Below are positions 30,173 through 39,785 of a stretch of DNA of 64,000 nt, in pieces. A program made the translations under genes and the position numbers. Under the pieces are notes generated by a model. It did not search any database and was not told where the DNA came from. It worked only from the letters and a program-made list of their open reading frames with translations. Position 1 is the first letter of the stretch, and each line of letters starts with the position of its first letter. The stretch lies in contig CAVZVA010000010.1 in assembly GCA_963778655.1 (NCBI GenBank), forward strand, positions 1,440,001-1,504,000, written 5' to 3'. This DNA comes from an uncultured delta proteobacterium. Its GTDB lineage: Bacteria > Myxococcota_A > Polyangia > Polyangiales > JAFGIB01.

Positions 30173-31538
30173 TCATTGCGCCGCTGCCGCTTCCGTGGCC
30201 GCCAGCTCCTCGCCCTGCACGTGGCGCTGCTCCTTGTAGCGCGCGGCGTAGAAGATGAAGCCCACTGCGGTGGCCAGCATCATCGCCGCGAAGAACAGGT
30301 AGTAGCTGGGCCCGGCGAGCTTGCTCGAGCCGTCGGGATTCTCGATCGCGGAAATTGACTGCCGACGTGAACAGGTTGCCCAGCGAGACCGAGCCCAAGA
30401 ACAGCGACATCACCAGCGACTTCATGCGGTTGGGCGCCTGGGTGTAGAAGAACTCGAGCCCCGTGATCGAGACGAAAATCTCGGCCGCGGTGAGCACGAA
30501 ATAAGCAGGGATCTGCCACAGGATGCTGGGCTGATGCCCGGTCGCGAGCTGCTGCTCGATGAAGGCCGAAATCAGATACGCCGGCACCATCACGAAGAAG
30601 CCGATCGAGATCTTGCGCAGCGGCGTGAGCGGGAAAACCCTGGAGATCGCCGGGTAGATCACGTAGCTGAACAGCGGGATGAACAACATCACCAGGATCG
30701 GGTTGGCGGCCTGGAGCTGCTCGGCGAACAGGTCGACGCCGAGCACGCGCGTGTTCAGCTTGCTGCCCTGCAGCACCCACGACGAGCCGGTCTGATCGAA
30801 CAGCGACCAGAACATCGAGATGAACAGGATCATGCCTCCGAGCCGGCCCAACATGCGCAGCCCGTCCTTGCTCAGCGCATCGCGCACGAACGCACGACCT
30901 CCGGGCGGGATGTGGGCGAACTTGTCGCGCCCCAGGAAGAACACCAGCGTGGCCAGCATCATCAGCACGCCGGGCACCGCGAACGCGAGCGACGGGCCGA
31001 AGTGGTGCAACAGCAGCGGCCCGAGCACCATCGAGACGAACGCGCCCAGGTTGATCGCGAAGTAGAACCAGCCGAACACCCGCTCGAGCAGTCCCTGATT
31101 GAGCCGGCCGAACTGGTCGCCCACGTGTGCCGACACGCACGGCTTGATGCCGCCGGCGCCGATCGCGATCAGCGACAGCCCCACGCCCAGCCCCAGCCGC
31201 GTGTCGTCCAGCGCCAGCGCCAGGTGGCCGAGGCAGTACACCAGCGACAGCGCGATGATGGTGCGGTACTTGCCTAGCAGGCCGTCCGACACCAGCGCGC
31301 CCAGGAACGGCGTCGCGTAGACCGCCGCGCTGAATAGGTGGAACCAGCCCTTGGCTTCCTCGTCCCCCATCGGCGCGTGGGTGCCGCCCGGACCCATCAG
31401 GTAGCTGGTCATGAACACCACCAGCAGCGCCTTCATGCCGTAGAAGCTGTAGCGCTCGGCGAACTCGTTGCCGACGATGTACGGCACGCCCGGCGGCATG
31501 TGCGCGATCTCGTCGGGCGTGGTGCGGTAGGACCGCAT
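30173..31538 (-). CDS. POT/PTR proton-dependent oligopeptide transporter; +1 frameshift near 30350
   Basis: EFAERYSFYG (ExxER), GGIKPCVSAHVGDQF, EFFYTQAP. The last TM helix (YYLFFAAMMLATAVGFIFYA) is in the next frame and ends at TGA 30173. Confidence 0.9.
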
Positions 31539-31564
31539 GCTCGCAGCTTACAAGACTTCGCGGC

Positions 31565-34500
31565 TTACGCCGCCACTTCGACACCCAGCGGCCAGGCGAG
31601 CTGGGCCAGCCCCGGGCCGAGCTCGAGGAAGCCCTCGCGCATCTCCTGCATCGAGATGCGCTCGTCGGGGTGCTGGCGCAGGCCGTTTGCGATCAGGTCG
31701 CAGACCGCCGCCAGCCGCGGGTTCTGTCGCAGCGCCAGCAGCTTCTCCGGGTAGCCGTCGTGGCTCAGATGCGCGTTGATCACCGCCAGCTCGCTCTGCG
31801 AGTCGAACAGCGTATCGCCGGTCAGCACCTCGTAGGACAGACATGAAAACGCGTACACGTCCGCGGGCATCGGCCGCGGGGGCCAGCCGTCCGGCACCAA
31901 CCCCCAGATCTCGGGCGCGCCGTAGGGCCCGGTGGCGCAGCCCGGGCGGATGTGGCGCCCCGCCAGGCCGAAGTCCACCAGCACCGGCGTGGGGCCGCCT
32001 TCGAGCCCGGGCGGAACGCGCAGGATCACGTTGGAGGGCTTGACGTCGAGGTGTCCGATGCCAACCTGGTGCATGCTCTGCAGGCCCTCGGCCATGCCAT
32101 CGAGCAGCGCCAGCGCGCGCTCCAGGCTCAGCTCGCCGCGTTCGATCACGCGCTCCAGCGTGGGCCCCTCGACCAGCTCCATGACCAGGATCGGCTTGGG
32201 CCGCGCGCCGGCATCGAAGGTGACGAAGGTGGCGAGATTCTGCTGCTTGGGCAGCGCGAGCAGCGCGCCGGCCTCCTCGCGGAACAGCGTCAGGAACTGC
32301 TCCTCGGACAGCGTGCGCGCTGCCTCCGCGCTGTAGTCCGGCACCTTCAGCGCGAAGCGCACCGCGCTCTCGCGGTGGCGCTCCTCGGCGCGCGTCACCA
32401 CGAACACCGAGCCGACCCCGCCCGCGCCCAGCGAGCGCAGCACGAAGAAGCCGCCGATGATGCGCCGGCCGGGCAGCCACGGCGGCAGCGGCGCCTCCTT
32501 GGGCACGGGCGGCACGAAGCTGTCGCGGCGGTCGGGCAGCGCGTGCAGCGGCATCGCCCGCGTGCGGTCGAGCACCACGCGCGCCACCCCGGCGATCGCC
32601 TCCGGCAGCTCCTGGCCCAGGGTCGTGTGCACCGAGTCCAGCACCTCGGGCAGGTCCGCGCTCTGGCCCTTGACCAGCTGCTCGAGCGTCATCTCGAGCA
32701 TGCTTACCGCGCTGCCGCTGGCCGGCACCGGCCGCTGCTGGCGCGAGATCAGGCGCCGCCGCGCGCCCACCGTGAGTTGCGCCAGCGCGAACACCGTGGA
32801 CTCGAGCTGGGTCAAGGCCCGCGGCTCGGCCTCGCTCAGCTCCGCGAGCGAGCGCCGCGCCGCCACCGTCTCGAGCTCGCGTGCATAGCGCAGCAGCCCC
32901 TGGCGCAGCGCGCTCACGCGCAGCGTGCTGGCCCACGGCAGGCTCTGCGCCAGGTCGACCAGCGCGTCGAGCGCGGCGCGCGCCCTCTTGCCGCTCGGCT
33001 GCGCGCCCTCGGTCACGCGCGTGAGCTCGGCGTAGGCCGTCACGCAGCGCTGGAAGTCCACGATCATCGAGGCCTCGCCCACGGTGCGCTGGTCGAGCGC
33101 GCTGCGCACGTTGTCGGCGACCGCCATCATCACGTCGCTGAGCTCGCAGATCTCGTCGCGCACCAGCGCGTCGAGCGCGCGCGCCACCGACGCGCACACG
33201 ATGCGGCGCAGCGGCGAGGAGGCGTCGTCCCGCGCGCGCCCGAGCAGCACGCGCGCCACCCGCACCCGGCGCTCGCGGCGCTGGCCGGTCAAGTCCTCGC
33301 CGTAGCTGCCGTCGGCGTCGACCAGGTGCAGCAGCGTGCGCATGCGCCGCAGCCGCAGCGTGAGGTGGTCGACCGCGCCGCCCTCGGCCACCGGCCGCGA
33401 CTCGCTCTTGAGCAGGAAAGTTGTCAGGCGCTGAAACAGGTCGCCGAGCGGCGCGGTCGCGGCCTGGGCCTCCTTGCCGCTGACGCCGATGGTGAGCAGA
33501 TCGCCGAGCGTGGCGGTCTCGAGCAAGGCGACGTCCAGCTCGCGCATCGCGCGAAAGCCCAGGCGCCGGCCCGCGCGCTCGTCGTCGTTGGTCTGCTCCA
33601 GCTCGGAGATGCGCCCTTGGGCCTGCTTGAAGATGTCCTGCGCCAGCACGTAGGCCTGCCGGGCGTCCCGCTCGGCGAACGCGCGCAGCGCCGCGTCGAG
33701 CGCGTCGCGCAACGAGGGCTTACGCTGCGCGGGCGGCGATAGCTCGTCGATCAGTGCTTCGCAAAGCGCCACCCGGCCGTCGTCGTCGATGCGGCTGCTG
33801 TTGAGCCAGCTCTCGAGCTTGTCGCGCGCATAGCGGGCGGCCCAGGCTCCGAACTCGCCCACGCGCTCGCGGCGCAGCTCGACCAGGGCCTCGGCACCCT
33901 CCAGCCCGGCGATGCGCACGATCTGGTTGAGCAGCTCCTCGGCCGCCTCCGGCTCCTCCTCGGCCGCGCGCGCCAGCCCGAACACCATCGTGCCGGCCAG
34001 CCCCGCGTCGCTACGCAGCGTGTCGTCGGCGAGCAGCTCGCGGCAACGGCGCAGGCCGGTCTCGGGGTCGAGCGCGATGCTGGCCGCGAGCGAGACCGCC
34101 GCGCGCCGCCACTCGGTCGGGGTCAGCTTGGGGTCGAGGTTCTGCTCGATCTCCTCGCGCAGCTCGGGATCGGCGCGGCTCAGGATGCCGCGCGCGACCG
34201 CCACGTGGCGCCAGACCAGCGATTCGCGGTCTGCGAGCAAGAGCTTCCACGGGCTCTGGACTGCCGGCTCCTGGAACGCGCGCAGGCTGCCGGCGTCGCC
34301 CTGCGCCACGCGCCGCGCGCACTCGCGCGCCGCGCGCTCGAGCAGGCGCGCGGCCAGCCGCCGCGACGGCAGCGATCCCGTGGCTGGCTCCGAGACCCAC
34401 TCGCGGCGCAGGTCGGGCCGCGAGATCAGCGCCAGCGCCAGCCGATCGGACGAGACCGAGTTGCCGATCGGCAGCTCCAGCGCCAGCGCGACGCGCGCGC

Positions 34501-34900
34501 GGATCGGCGCGCCGGTCAGCGTCCTCTTCGACTCGGCCGCCAGCGAGGTGGCCAACACCACGAAGGTCTCGGCGTCGCCTTCGTACAGCCGCATCAGCAC
34601 CTGGCGTCCGAGCTGGCGCCGCTCCGGGCCGATCGGAATCGCCGCCGCCAGCTCGTAGACCGCCGCTGCAGCCGCCGGCGGCGAAAGCCAGTCGAGATCC
34701 TGAACCAAGTTTGCGGCGAAGGCCGCGCGCACCGCCTCCAGCAGCAGCTTGGGATCGATGCCTTCGAGCGGCACCGGTTGCTGCTCCAGCGCAGCGCGCG
34801 CCAGCGTCGCCATGGCCTGGCGCCAGAGCGAGCGCCGCTCCTCTTCGCTGGCAACCTGCGGGAGCTGCGTGAACGCGCTCAGGTGATTGGTCGCAGGCAC
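31565..34900 (-). CDS. Ser/Thr protein kinase with large helical N-terminal region and C-terminal kinase domain
   Basis: LGAGGVGSV, ALK, FREEA, HLDVKPSN, DFG, GAPE, DVYAF; GTG start overlaps the MutS-like stop (TAGTG). Confidence 0.88.
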   Translation of the reverse strand: MPATNHLSAFTQLPQVASEEERRSLWRQAMATLARAALEQQPVPLEGIDPKLLLEAVRAAFAANLVQDLDWLSPPAAAAAVYELAAAIPIGPERRQLGRQVLMRLYEGDAETFVVLATSLAAESKRTLTGAPIRARVALALELPIGNSVSSDRLALALISRPDLRREWVSEPATGSLPSRRLAARLLERAARECARRVAQGDAGSLRAFQEPAVQSPWKLLLADRESLVWRHVAVARGILSRADPELREEIEQNLDPKLTPTEWRRAAVSLAASIALDPETGLRRCRELLADDTLRSDAGLAGTMVFGLARAAEEEPEAAEELLNQIVRIAGLEGAEALVELRRERVGEFGAWAARYARDKLESWLNSSRIDDDGRVALCEALIDELSPPAQRKPSLRDALDAALRAFAERDARQAYVLAQDIFKQAQGRISELEQTNDDERAGRRLGFRAMRELDVALLETATLGDLLTIGVSGKEAQAATAPLGDLFQRLTTFLLKSESRPVAEGGAVDHLTLRLRRMRTLLHLVDADGSYGEDLTGQRRERRVRVARVLLGRARDDASSPLRRIVCASVARALDALVRDEICELSDVMMAVADNVRSALDQRTVGEASMIVDFQRCVTAYAELTRVTEGAQPSGKRARAALDALVDLAQSLPWASTLRVSALRQGLLRYARELETVAARRSLAELSEAEPRALTQLESTVFALAQLTVGARRRLISRQQRPVPASGSAVSMLEMTLEQLVKGQSADLPEVLDSVHTTLGQELPEAIAGVARVVLDRTRAMPLHALPDRRDSFVPPVPKEAPLPPWLPGRRIIGGFFVLRSLGAGGVGSVFVVTRAEERHRESAVRFALKVPDYSAEAARTLSEEQFLTLFREEAGALLALPKQQNLATFVTFDAGARPKPILVMELVEGPTLERVIERGELSLERALALLDGMAEGLQSMHQVGIGHLDVKPSNVILRVPPGLEGGPTPVLVDFGLAGRHIRPGCATGPYGAPEIWGLVPDGWPPRPMPADVYAFSCLSYEVLTGDTLFDSQSELAVINAHLSHDGYPEKLLALRQNPRLAAVCDLIANGLRQHPDERISMQEMREGFLELGPGLAQLAWPLGVEVAA

Positions 34901-36840
34901 TAGCCTCGCTCCGGGGGCAGGGCGCGATCGGCCGGCGACTCGAGCGCCTGGGTCTCGGCATCCTGCGGCACGTCGATACCCGCCATCGCGAGCAGCCGCA
35001 GGGCGTTGCTGGTCCGCACCACGCCCGGCCGCAGGCGGTAGTCGAAGCGCATCTCGCCGTCTTCCACCACGTCGGTGAAGTGCACGTTGCGGATGCGTTC
35101 GGGCTGCTCGCGCTCGAGCGCGGCGAGCGCCACGTCGTGCGTCGCAACCAGCCCCAACGCCGAGCGCTGCAGCAGGTGCAGCAACACGGCGCGCGCGCCC
35201 ACGTGACGCGCGCGCGCATTGGTTCCGCGCAGCAGCTCGTCGAGCAGGAACAGCACCGGCGGCTGCTCCTGCGCGTCCTCCACCACCGTGCGCAGCTTCT
35301 GCAGCTCCGCGAGGAAATAGCTCGCGCCCTCCTGCAAAGAGTCCTCCGCGCGCATGCTTGCGCGCAGCCGCGACAGCGGCACGCGCAGCGCGGCCGCGCA
35401 CACCGGCCCGCCCGCGAGGGCGAGCGCCACGTTGACGCCCACCGCGCGCAGCAGCGTGCTCTTGCCGGCCATGTTCGAGCCGGTCACGATCAACGCGAAG
35501 CCGGGCCCCGCGAGCTGCACGTCGTTGGCGACGCGGCTCTCGGCCGCCAGCAGCGGGTGGCACAGCCCGCGCGCGTCGAGCGCGCCGCCGGCCGCGACCA
35601 CCTCGGGCATGCGCGCCGCCGGATCGAGAAAGCCCAGGGTGGCCAGCGAGCAAAGCGCCTCGATCTCGCCCAGCGCCGCGAACCAGTCGGCGGTGCGCCG
35701 GCCGACCCGCGCGTTCCAGCGCTCGAGCCCGCGCAGCACGTGCAGATCCCACAGCGTCAGCGGTGCCACTGCGATGTAGAACAGAAACTGCTGGCGCAGC
35801 TCGGCCGAGCTGGTCCAAGACTTCAGCCGCCGCATGTGCACCGACGGCGGCGTGCCGTCGACCGCCAGCCGTCGTTGCAGCCCGCACAGCAACGGGCTCT
35901 CGAAGCGGGCGCGCTCCACCACCACCAGCATGCGCTCGAAGGCTTCGGCCGCGCCCTGGCGCGCGGCGGCCAGGTCGAAGGCGCGCTTGACCGGCCGCGC
36001 CGTCAGCCACAGCAGCCCGAGTTGCACGCACAGCGGCAGCAGCCAGCTCGCTGCCGGCAACAGGCCCGCGCCGCCGGCCAGGTAGCACAGCAGCGTCAGC
36101 GGCGGCAGCGCGAAGATGGTCGGCGTGAGCCAGCGGTGGGAGGCGAAGTAGGAGGGCAGCTCCGCAAACTCGCGAAACGGCCGTCCGTCGAGCTTCTCGC
36201 CGCCGTTCGCGGTCAGGGCGGCGGCCTCCAGCTCCTGGCGCAGCTCCACCATCGGCGCGAGCTCAAGCACCGCCGCCTGGCGCGGCCCGATCGCGTCCAG
36301 CCCCGCGGCGCGACCCAGCCAGTCGCACAGCACGTGCTCGCCATGGACCGTGTGCGTGACGTCGATGCGTTGCAGCAGCGAGCCCGGGCCGAGCAGATCG
36401 ACGTCCCACGCGTAGGGGTGGCTTGCGGGCAGCAGCCGCGCGTGATCGCAGGGCAGCTTGGTCCATCCGCCGTCGAGGCGCATCAGATGCCGCTGGTGCA
36501 CGTCGCGGCGCACGCGTGCGTCGTCCAGCGCCGCGATCACGCGCCGCTGTGCGATCACCGCGGCCGCGAAGCCGAGTGTGCACAGCGAGCCCAGGCTCCA
36601 CGCCCAGCCCGCGCCTTGTGCGAGCGCGGCCGCAAGCGCCGCCCCCGCAGCCAGAAAGGCCAGCAGCCGCAGCAGCGACAGCCGGCTCGACTGCGCTTCG
36701 CGCCGCGCCATCTCGGCTTCGAGCCGCGCGCGCAGGTCGCCGTGCACGCGCGCTGGATCGCTCCGCTTGGACGAGCCGCCTGTGGCGCTCGCCGTCGAGC
36801 GCGCCTGGGTGTCATCGTCGATCAGGTTCGCCACCTGCAC
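34900..36840 (-). CDS. Membrane-associated MutS-like ATPase (no mismatch-binding domain I)
   Basis: N-terminal TM pair, HPYAWDVDLLG, Walker A GSNMAGKST, SYFLAEL, Walker B LLDELLRGTN, ATHD. Start approximate. Confidence 0.9.
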   Translation of the reverse strand: MQVANLIDDDTQARSTASATGGSSKRSDPARVHGDLRARLEAEMARREAQSSRLSLLRLLAFLAAGAALAAALAQGAGWAWSLGSLCTLGFAAAVIAQRRVIAALDDARVRRDVHQRHLMRLDGGWTKLPCDHARLLPASHPYAWDVDLLGPGSLLQRIDVTHTVHGEHVLCDWLGRAAGLDAIGPRQAAVLELAPMVELRQELEAAALTANGGEKLDGRPFREFAELPSYFASHRWLTPTIFALPPLTLLCYLAGGAGLLPAASWLLPLCVQLGLLWLTARPVKRAFDLAAARQGAAEAFERMLVVVERARFESPLLCGLQRRLAVDGTPPSVHMRRLKSWTSSAELRQQFLFYIAVAPLTLWDLHVLRGLERWNARVGRRTADWFAALGEIEALCSLATLGFLDPAARMPEVVAAGGALDARGLCHPLLAAESRVANDVQLAGPGFALIVTGSNMAGKSTLLRAVGVNVALALAGGPVCAAALRVPLSRLRASMRAEDSLQEGASYFLAELQKLRTVVEDAQEQPPVLFLLDELLRGTNARARHVGARAVLLHLLQRSALGLVATHDVALAALEREQPERIRNVHFTDVVEDGEMRFDYRLRPGVVRTSNALRLLAMAGIDVPQDAETQALESPADRALPPERG

Positions 36841-37082
36841 CTTTGCCCGCTGCGCCGCAACCTGAGGCGGCGGCGCCGCGCTCGGGGCCGCGGGCCGGTC
36901 TCCTAGTATACAGGGCCGCACGGCGCGTATCGGCACCGGATCGCGCCCGACGCATGCTGCTGGCCGCCGCGGCCTGCCTCTCGCCTTTCGTACCCCAATC
37001 TGGGGTCAACGGAAGCCTCCTAACATCGGCAATTACCGAAGGTTGGCGGCATTGCAACCACGGATCGTGGCGACCCCCGCGA

Positions 37083-37111
37083 TTGACTGGAGGTCTGATG
37101 TGGGATACACC
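37083..37111 (+). promoter_or_regulatory. Possible sigma70-type promoter for the dehydrogenase gene
   Basis: TTGACT-17 nt-TACACC about 65 nt upstream of ATG 37177. Confidence 0.35.
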
Positions 37112-37176
37112 CCGGCGCGCGCCGGATGAACCGTCGGCTCTGTTTGCGCCGCGTCCCGGCCCACGAGGAGCGTCGC

Positions 37177-38070
37177 ATGGGTGTCACGAAGGTAGCGGTC
37201 GTTGGGTGCGGGAAGATGGGTCGCGGCATCGTCGAAGTGTGCGCAGCGGCGGGCATCGAGGTGACGGCGATCAAGGTCACCCCCGGAAGCTTGGAGCAGC
37301 CGCAGGAGAAGATCCGCCAGTCGCTGGACCGTCGGGTCAAGCGCGGCAGGATGACCGCCGAGCAGCGCGCCGAGGTGCTCGGACGCGTGCGCTTCAGCGC
37401 CGACCTGCGCGCGGCGGGCGAGGCCGAGGTGGTGATCGAGTCCGCGCTCGAGGAGGAAGGCGCGAAGCTCGAGCTGCTCAAGAAGCTGGAAGCCCACATG
37501 CACCCGGAAGCCGTGCTCGGCACCAACACCTCCTCGCTCAAGCTGGAGACGCTGGCCGCTGCGCTGGAGCGCCCGGAGCGCTTCGTCGGCCTGCACTTCT
37601 TCAACCCAGTGCCGCAGATGGAGCTGGTCGAGCTGGGCGGGATCGAGCGCAGCGCGGAATACGCCCTGAAGCGCGCGGAGGCGCTTTGCCGGCAGATCGG
37701 CAAGACGCCGGTGCGCATCAAGTCGTCACCCGGCTACGTGGTCAACCGCTTGCTCGTGCCCTACATGCTGCACGGTATCGAGACGCTGGAGTCGGGCATC
37801 GCCGACGCTGAAGGCATCGATACGGCGATGCGGCTCGGCTGCGGCCATCCGATGGGCCCCCTGGCGCTCGCCGACCTGATCGGTCTCGACGTCGTCTACG
37901 CGATGGCCGAGACGCTGCGGCGCGAGCTCAAGGACGAGCGCTACAAGGTTCCGCGCACGCTCAAGCAGCTGCTTGCCGCCAAGCAGCTCGGGCGTCAGAC
38001 CGGGATCGGCATCTACGACTACAGCGGCGAGACGCCGGCCCTCAATCCCGCGATCCAGCTGGGCAACTAA
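37177..38070 (+). CDS. 3-hydroxybutyryl/3-hydroxyacyl-CoA dehydrogenase
   Basis: VVGCGKMGRGI, GTNTSSL, GLHFFNP, GYVVNRLL, HPMGPLALADLIGLD; GAGGAG RBS. Confidence 0.93.
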   Translation: MGVTKVAVVGCGKMGRGIVEVCAAAGIEVTAIKVTPGSLEQPQEKIRQSLDRRVKRGRMTAEQRAEVLGRVRFSADLRAAGEAEVVIESALEEEGAKLELLKKLEAHMHPEAVLGTNTSSLKLETLAAALERPERFVGLHFFNPVPQMELVELGGIERSAEYALKRAEALCRQIGKTPVRIKSSPGYVVNRLLVPYMLHGIETLESGIADAEGIDTAMRLGCGHPMGPLALADLIGLDVVYAMAETLRRELKDERYKVPRTLKQLLAAKQLGRQTGIGIYDYSGETPALNPAIQLGN

Positions 38071-38092
38071 ATCAGAGCTCGCGTGCTAGATG

Positions 38093-38263
38093 CTAGAGCA
38101 CCGAACATATTGAAACGCGTGCGAAGTCGGGGTCATGGCGGGATGCAGGGTGCGGGCGGGAGCCCGAAGGCGTAGTCCATCCTACGTCGAGCGGGGAGCG
38201 CGCGTCCCATGCGCCCGCGAGGGCCCCGAAATCGTGCGTGTTTCAACATGTTCGGTGCTCTAG
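38093..38263 (+). mobile_element. 171-bp MITE-like hairpin element, copy 2
   Basis: Reverse complement of 6644-6814 with about 10 substitutions and no indels by manual alignment; extra CTAGs on both flanks. Confidence 0.85.
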
Positions 38264-38390
38264 CTAGCCGTCAGCCCCCGCATCCTCTCGGGTGCCGCGC
38301 TTGCGTCGGCCCGGCTCGGGCTCTGCAACCGGCGGCGGGGAACGTACCCGACCCACGCCAAATTACCGCAAAAGAAAAAAAGTACACACC

Positions 38391-38422
38391 ATTACATCAA
38401 AGTTATCTCTCCTTGATGTAAT
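38391..38422. promoter_or_regulatory. AT-rich inverted repeat (protein-binding site candidate)
   Basis: ATTACATCAA-N12-TTGATGTAAT with perfect 10-bp arms, preceded by an A-tract. Confidence 0.55.
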
Positions 38423-38457
38423 CTGGGGCTGCCCTTTGCGGGCAGGAGTCCCCAGGC

Positions 38458-39744
38458 GTGCTTCCGACCGCTCCTCTGGCCGCACCCCCCGCGCTTTCCC
38501 CGGAATGGCGCTTGGCCGGGCCCCGGGCGGCCGCGATCGCGGCCCCGCGGGCCGACACCGGCGAGCCGAGGGGGGTCCCGGTCCCGCACGCGCGCCCGCT
38601 GTCCGACGAGCGACTGCTTTCGCGCCTGGGCCTGATCGGGACGGGCTATGCGCTGCTGCTCGCGCTCTTGGCCACGCTCGCGCCGTTCCGCTTCGCGCGC
38701 CCCGAACGCTTCGCCTTCGACCTTTCACTGTCGCAGTCCGACGTGGCGCTCAATCTATTGCTGCTGCTGCCGCTCGGCTTCTTCTACGCGCTGAGCGCCC
38801 GTGGCCGCGGCACGCGCGCATTGTCCGCGCTCGCCGGGGGTGCCGCCCTGAGCCTTTCGATCGAGCTCGCGCAGATGTTCCTGCCCGAGCGCCGTGCCAG
38901 CCCCTGGGACATGACCGCCAACGCCGCCTCGGCCTGGGCGGGCGCGCGGCTTTACGAGCTGCTCGCGCCCTGGCTCGATCGCTGGTTGCTGTCGCGCTTG
39001 CGTGCGCGACGGCCTGTCGCGAACCTGCCCGTGCTGCTGCTGCCTTTGCTTTGGCTCGATGGCATGACCGCGCATCCGCTCTCGCACGCCTTGCTCGCGC
39101 TGCCGCTGGGCTTGGCCGGCGCCTCCGCGTTGAGCGCCGGCGCCCCCGCGCGCTGGCCGGCGCGTGCGAGCCGCAGCGCGCGTGCCTGCGCATGGTTTGC
39201 GCTCGGCCTGCTGCCCGCGCTGCTGACCGCGCCCGCTTGGGTCGCGCTGGCGCTTCCGTGCCTCGCCCTGGCCACGCCGTGGCTGGAGCGGCGCGGGCGC
39301 GGCGAGCTGGCCGCGCTGCGCCAGGCGCTGGGGCTGCTGCTGGTGTATCTGCTGGCATCCGTGCTGCTGCCATGGAGCTTCGGTCACCGCTTTCACTTCA
39401 CCGTGGGCTTCATGACGTTCGACAGCTACTGCTGTCCCATGATGCTCGCTTTCCTCGCGCGCTATGCGGCCTTCACGCTGCTCGGCTACCTGTTGGCCGA
39501 GCGCGCTGCCCACATTCCGAGCGCGCACGCGCCGGGGCTCGGCCGTGTCGGGCTACAAGCCTCACTGCTCGCCCTCTTGCTCGAGCTGGCACAGGGGTGC
39601 AGCCCCGCGCACGGCGCCTCCGTCCTGGCTTTCGTGCTGCTGTCGCTTGCGGCGATCGGCGGGGCGCTGCTGCACCGTGCGCAGCAAGCGCTGGCCGCGC
39701 CGGCGGCGGTGCTTGGGGCCACCGCGCAGCCCGCCTGCAGGTGA
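38458..39744 (+). CDS. VanZ-like multi-TM membrane protein
   Basis: TLAPF, DVALNLLLLLPLG, SLSIELAQMFLPERRASPWDMTAN; second ELAQ repeat; AGGAG upstream. Confidence 0.75.
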   Translation: MLPTAPLAAPPALSPEWRLAGPRAAAIAAPRADTGEPRGVPVPHARPLSDERLLSRLGLIGTGYALLLALLATLAPFRFARPERFAFDLSLSQSDVALNLLLLLPLGFFYALSARGRGTRALSALAGGAALSLSIELAQMFLPERRASPWDMTANAASAWAGARLYELLAPWLDRWLLSRLRARRPVANLPVLLLPLLWLDGMTAHPLSHALLALPLGLAGASALSAGAPARWPARASRSARACAWFALGLLPALLTAPAWVALALPCLALATPWLERRGRGELAALRQALGLLLVYLLASVLLPWSFGHRFHFTVGFMTFDSYCCPMMLAFLARYAAFTLLGYLLAERAAHIPSAHAPGLGRVGLQASLLALLLELAQGCSPAHGASVLAFVLLSLAAIGGALLHRAQQALAAPAAVLGATAQPACR

Positions 39745-39785
39745 CCCAGCCGCGGGATTTGGTTACAGTCGCGCGTGAGGTTGTG

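Noticed and set aside
25130..30360. Programmed ribosomal frameshifting in the esterase and POT genes
   Set aside because: No slippery heptamer or known precedent for these families; single-base insertion errors are simpler.
31565..36088. 1507-aa kinase ORF
   Set aside because: The first ~400 codons are an off-frame shadow of the MutS-like gene; the protein-like sequence begins at GTG 34900.
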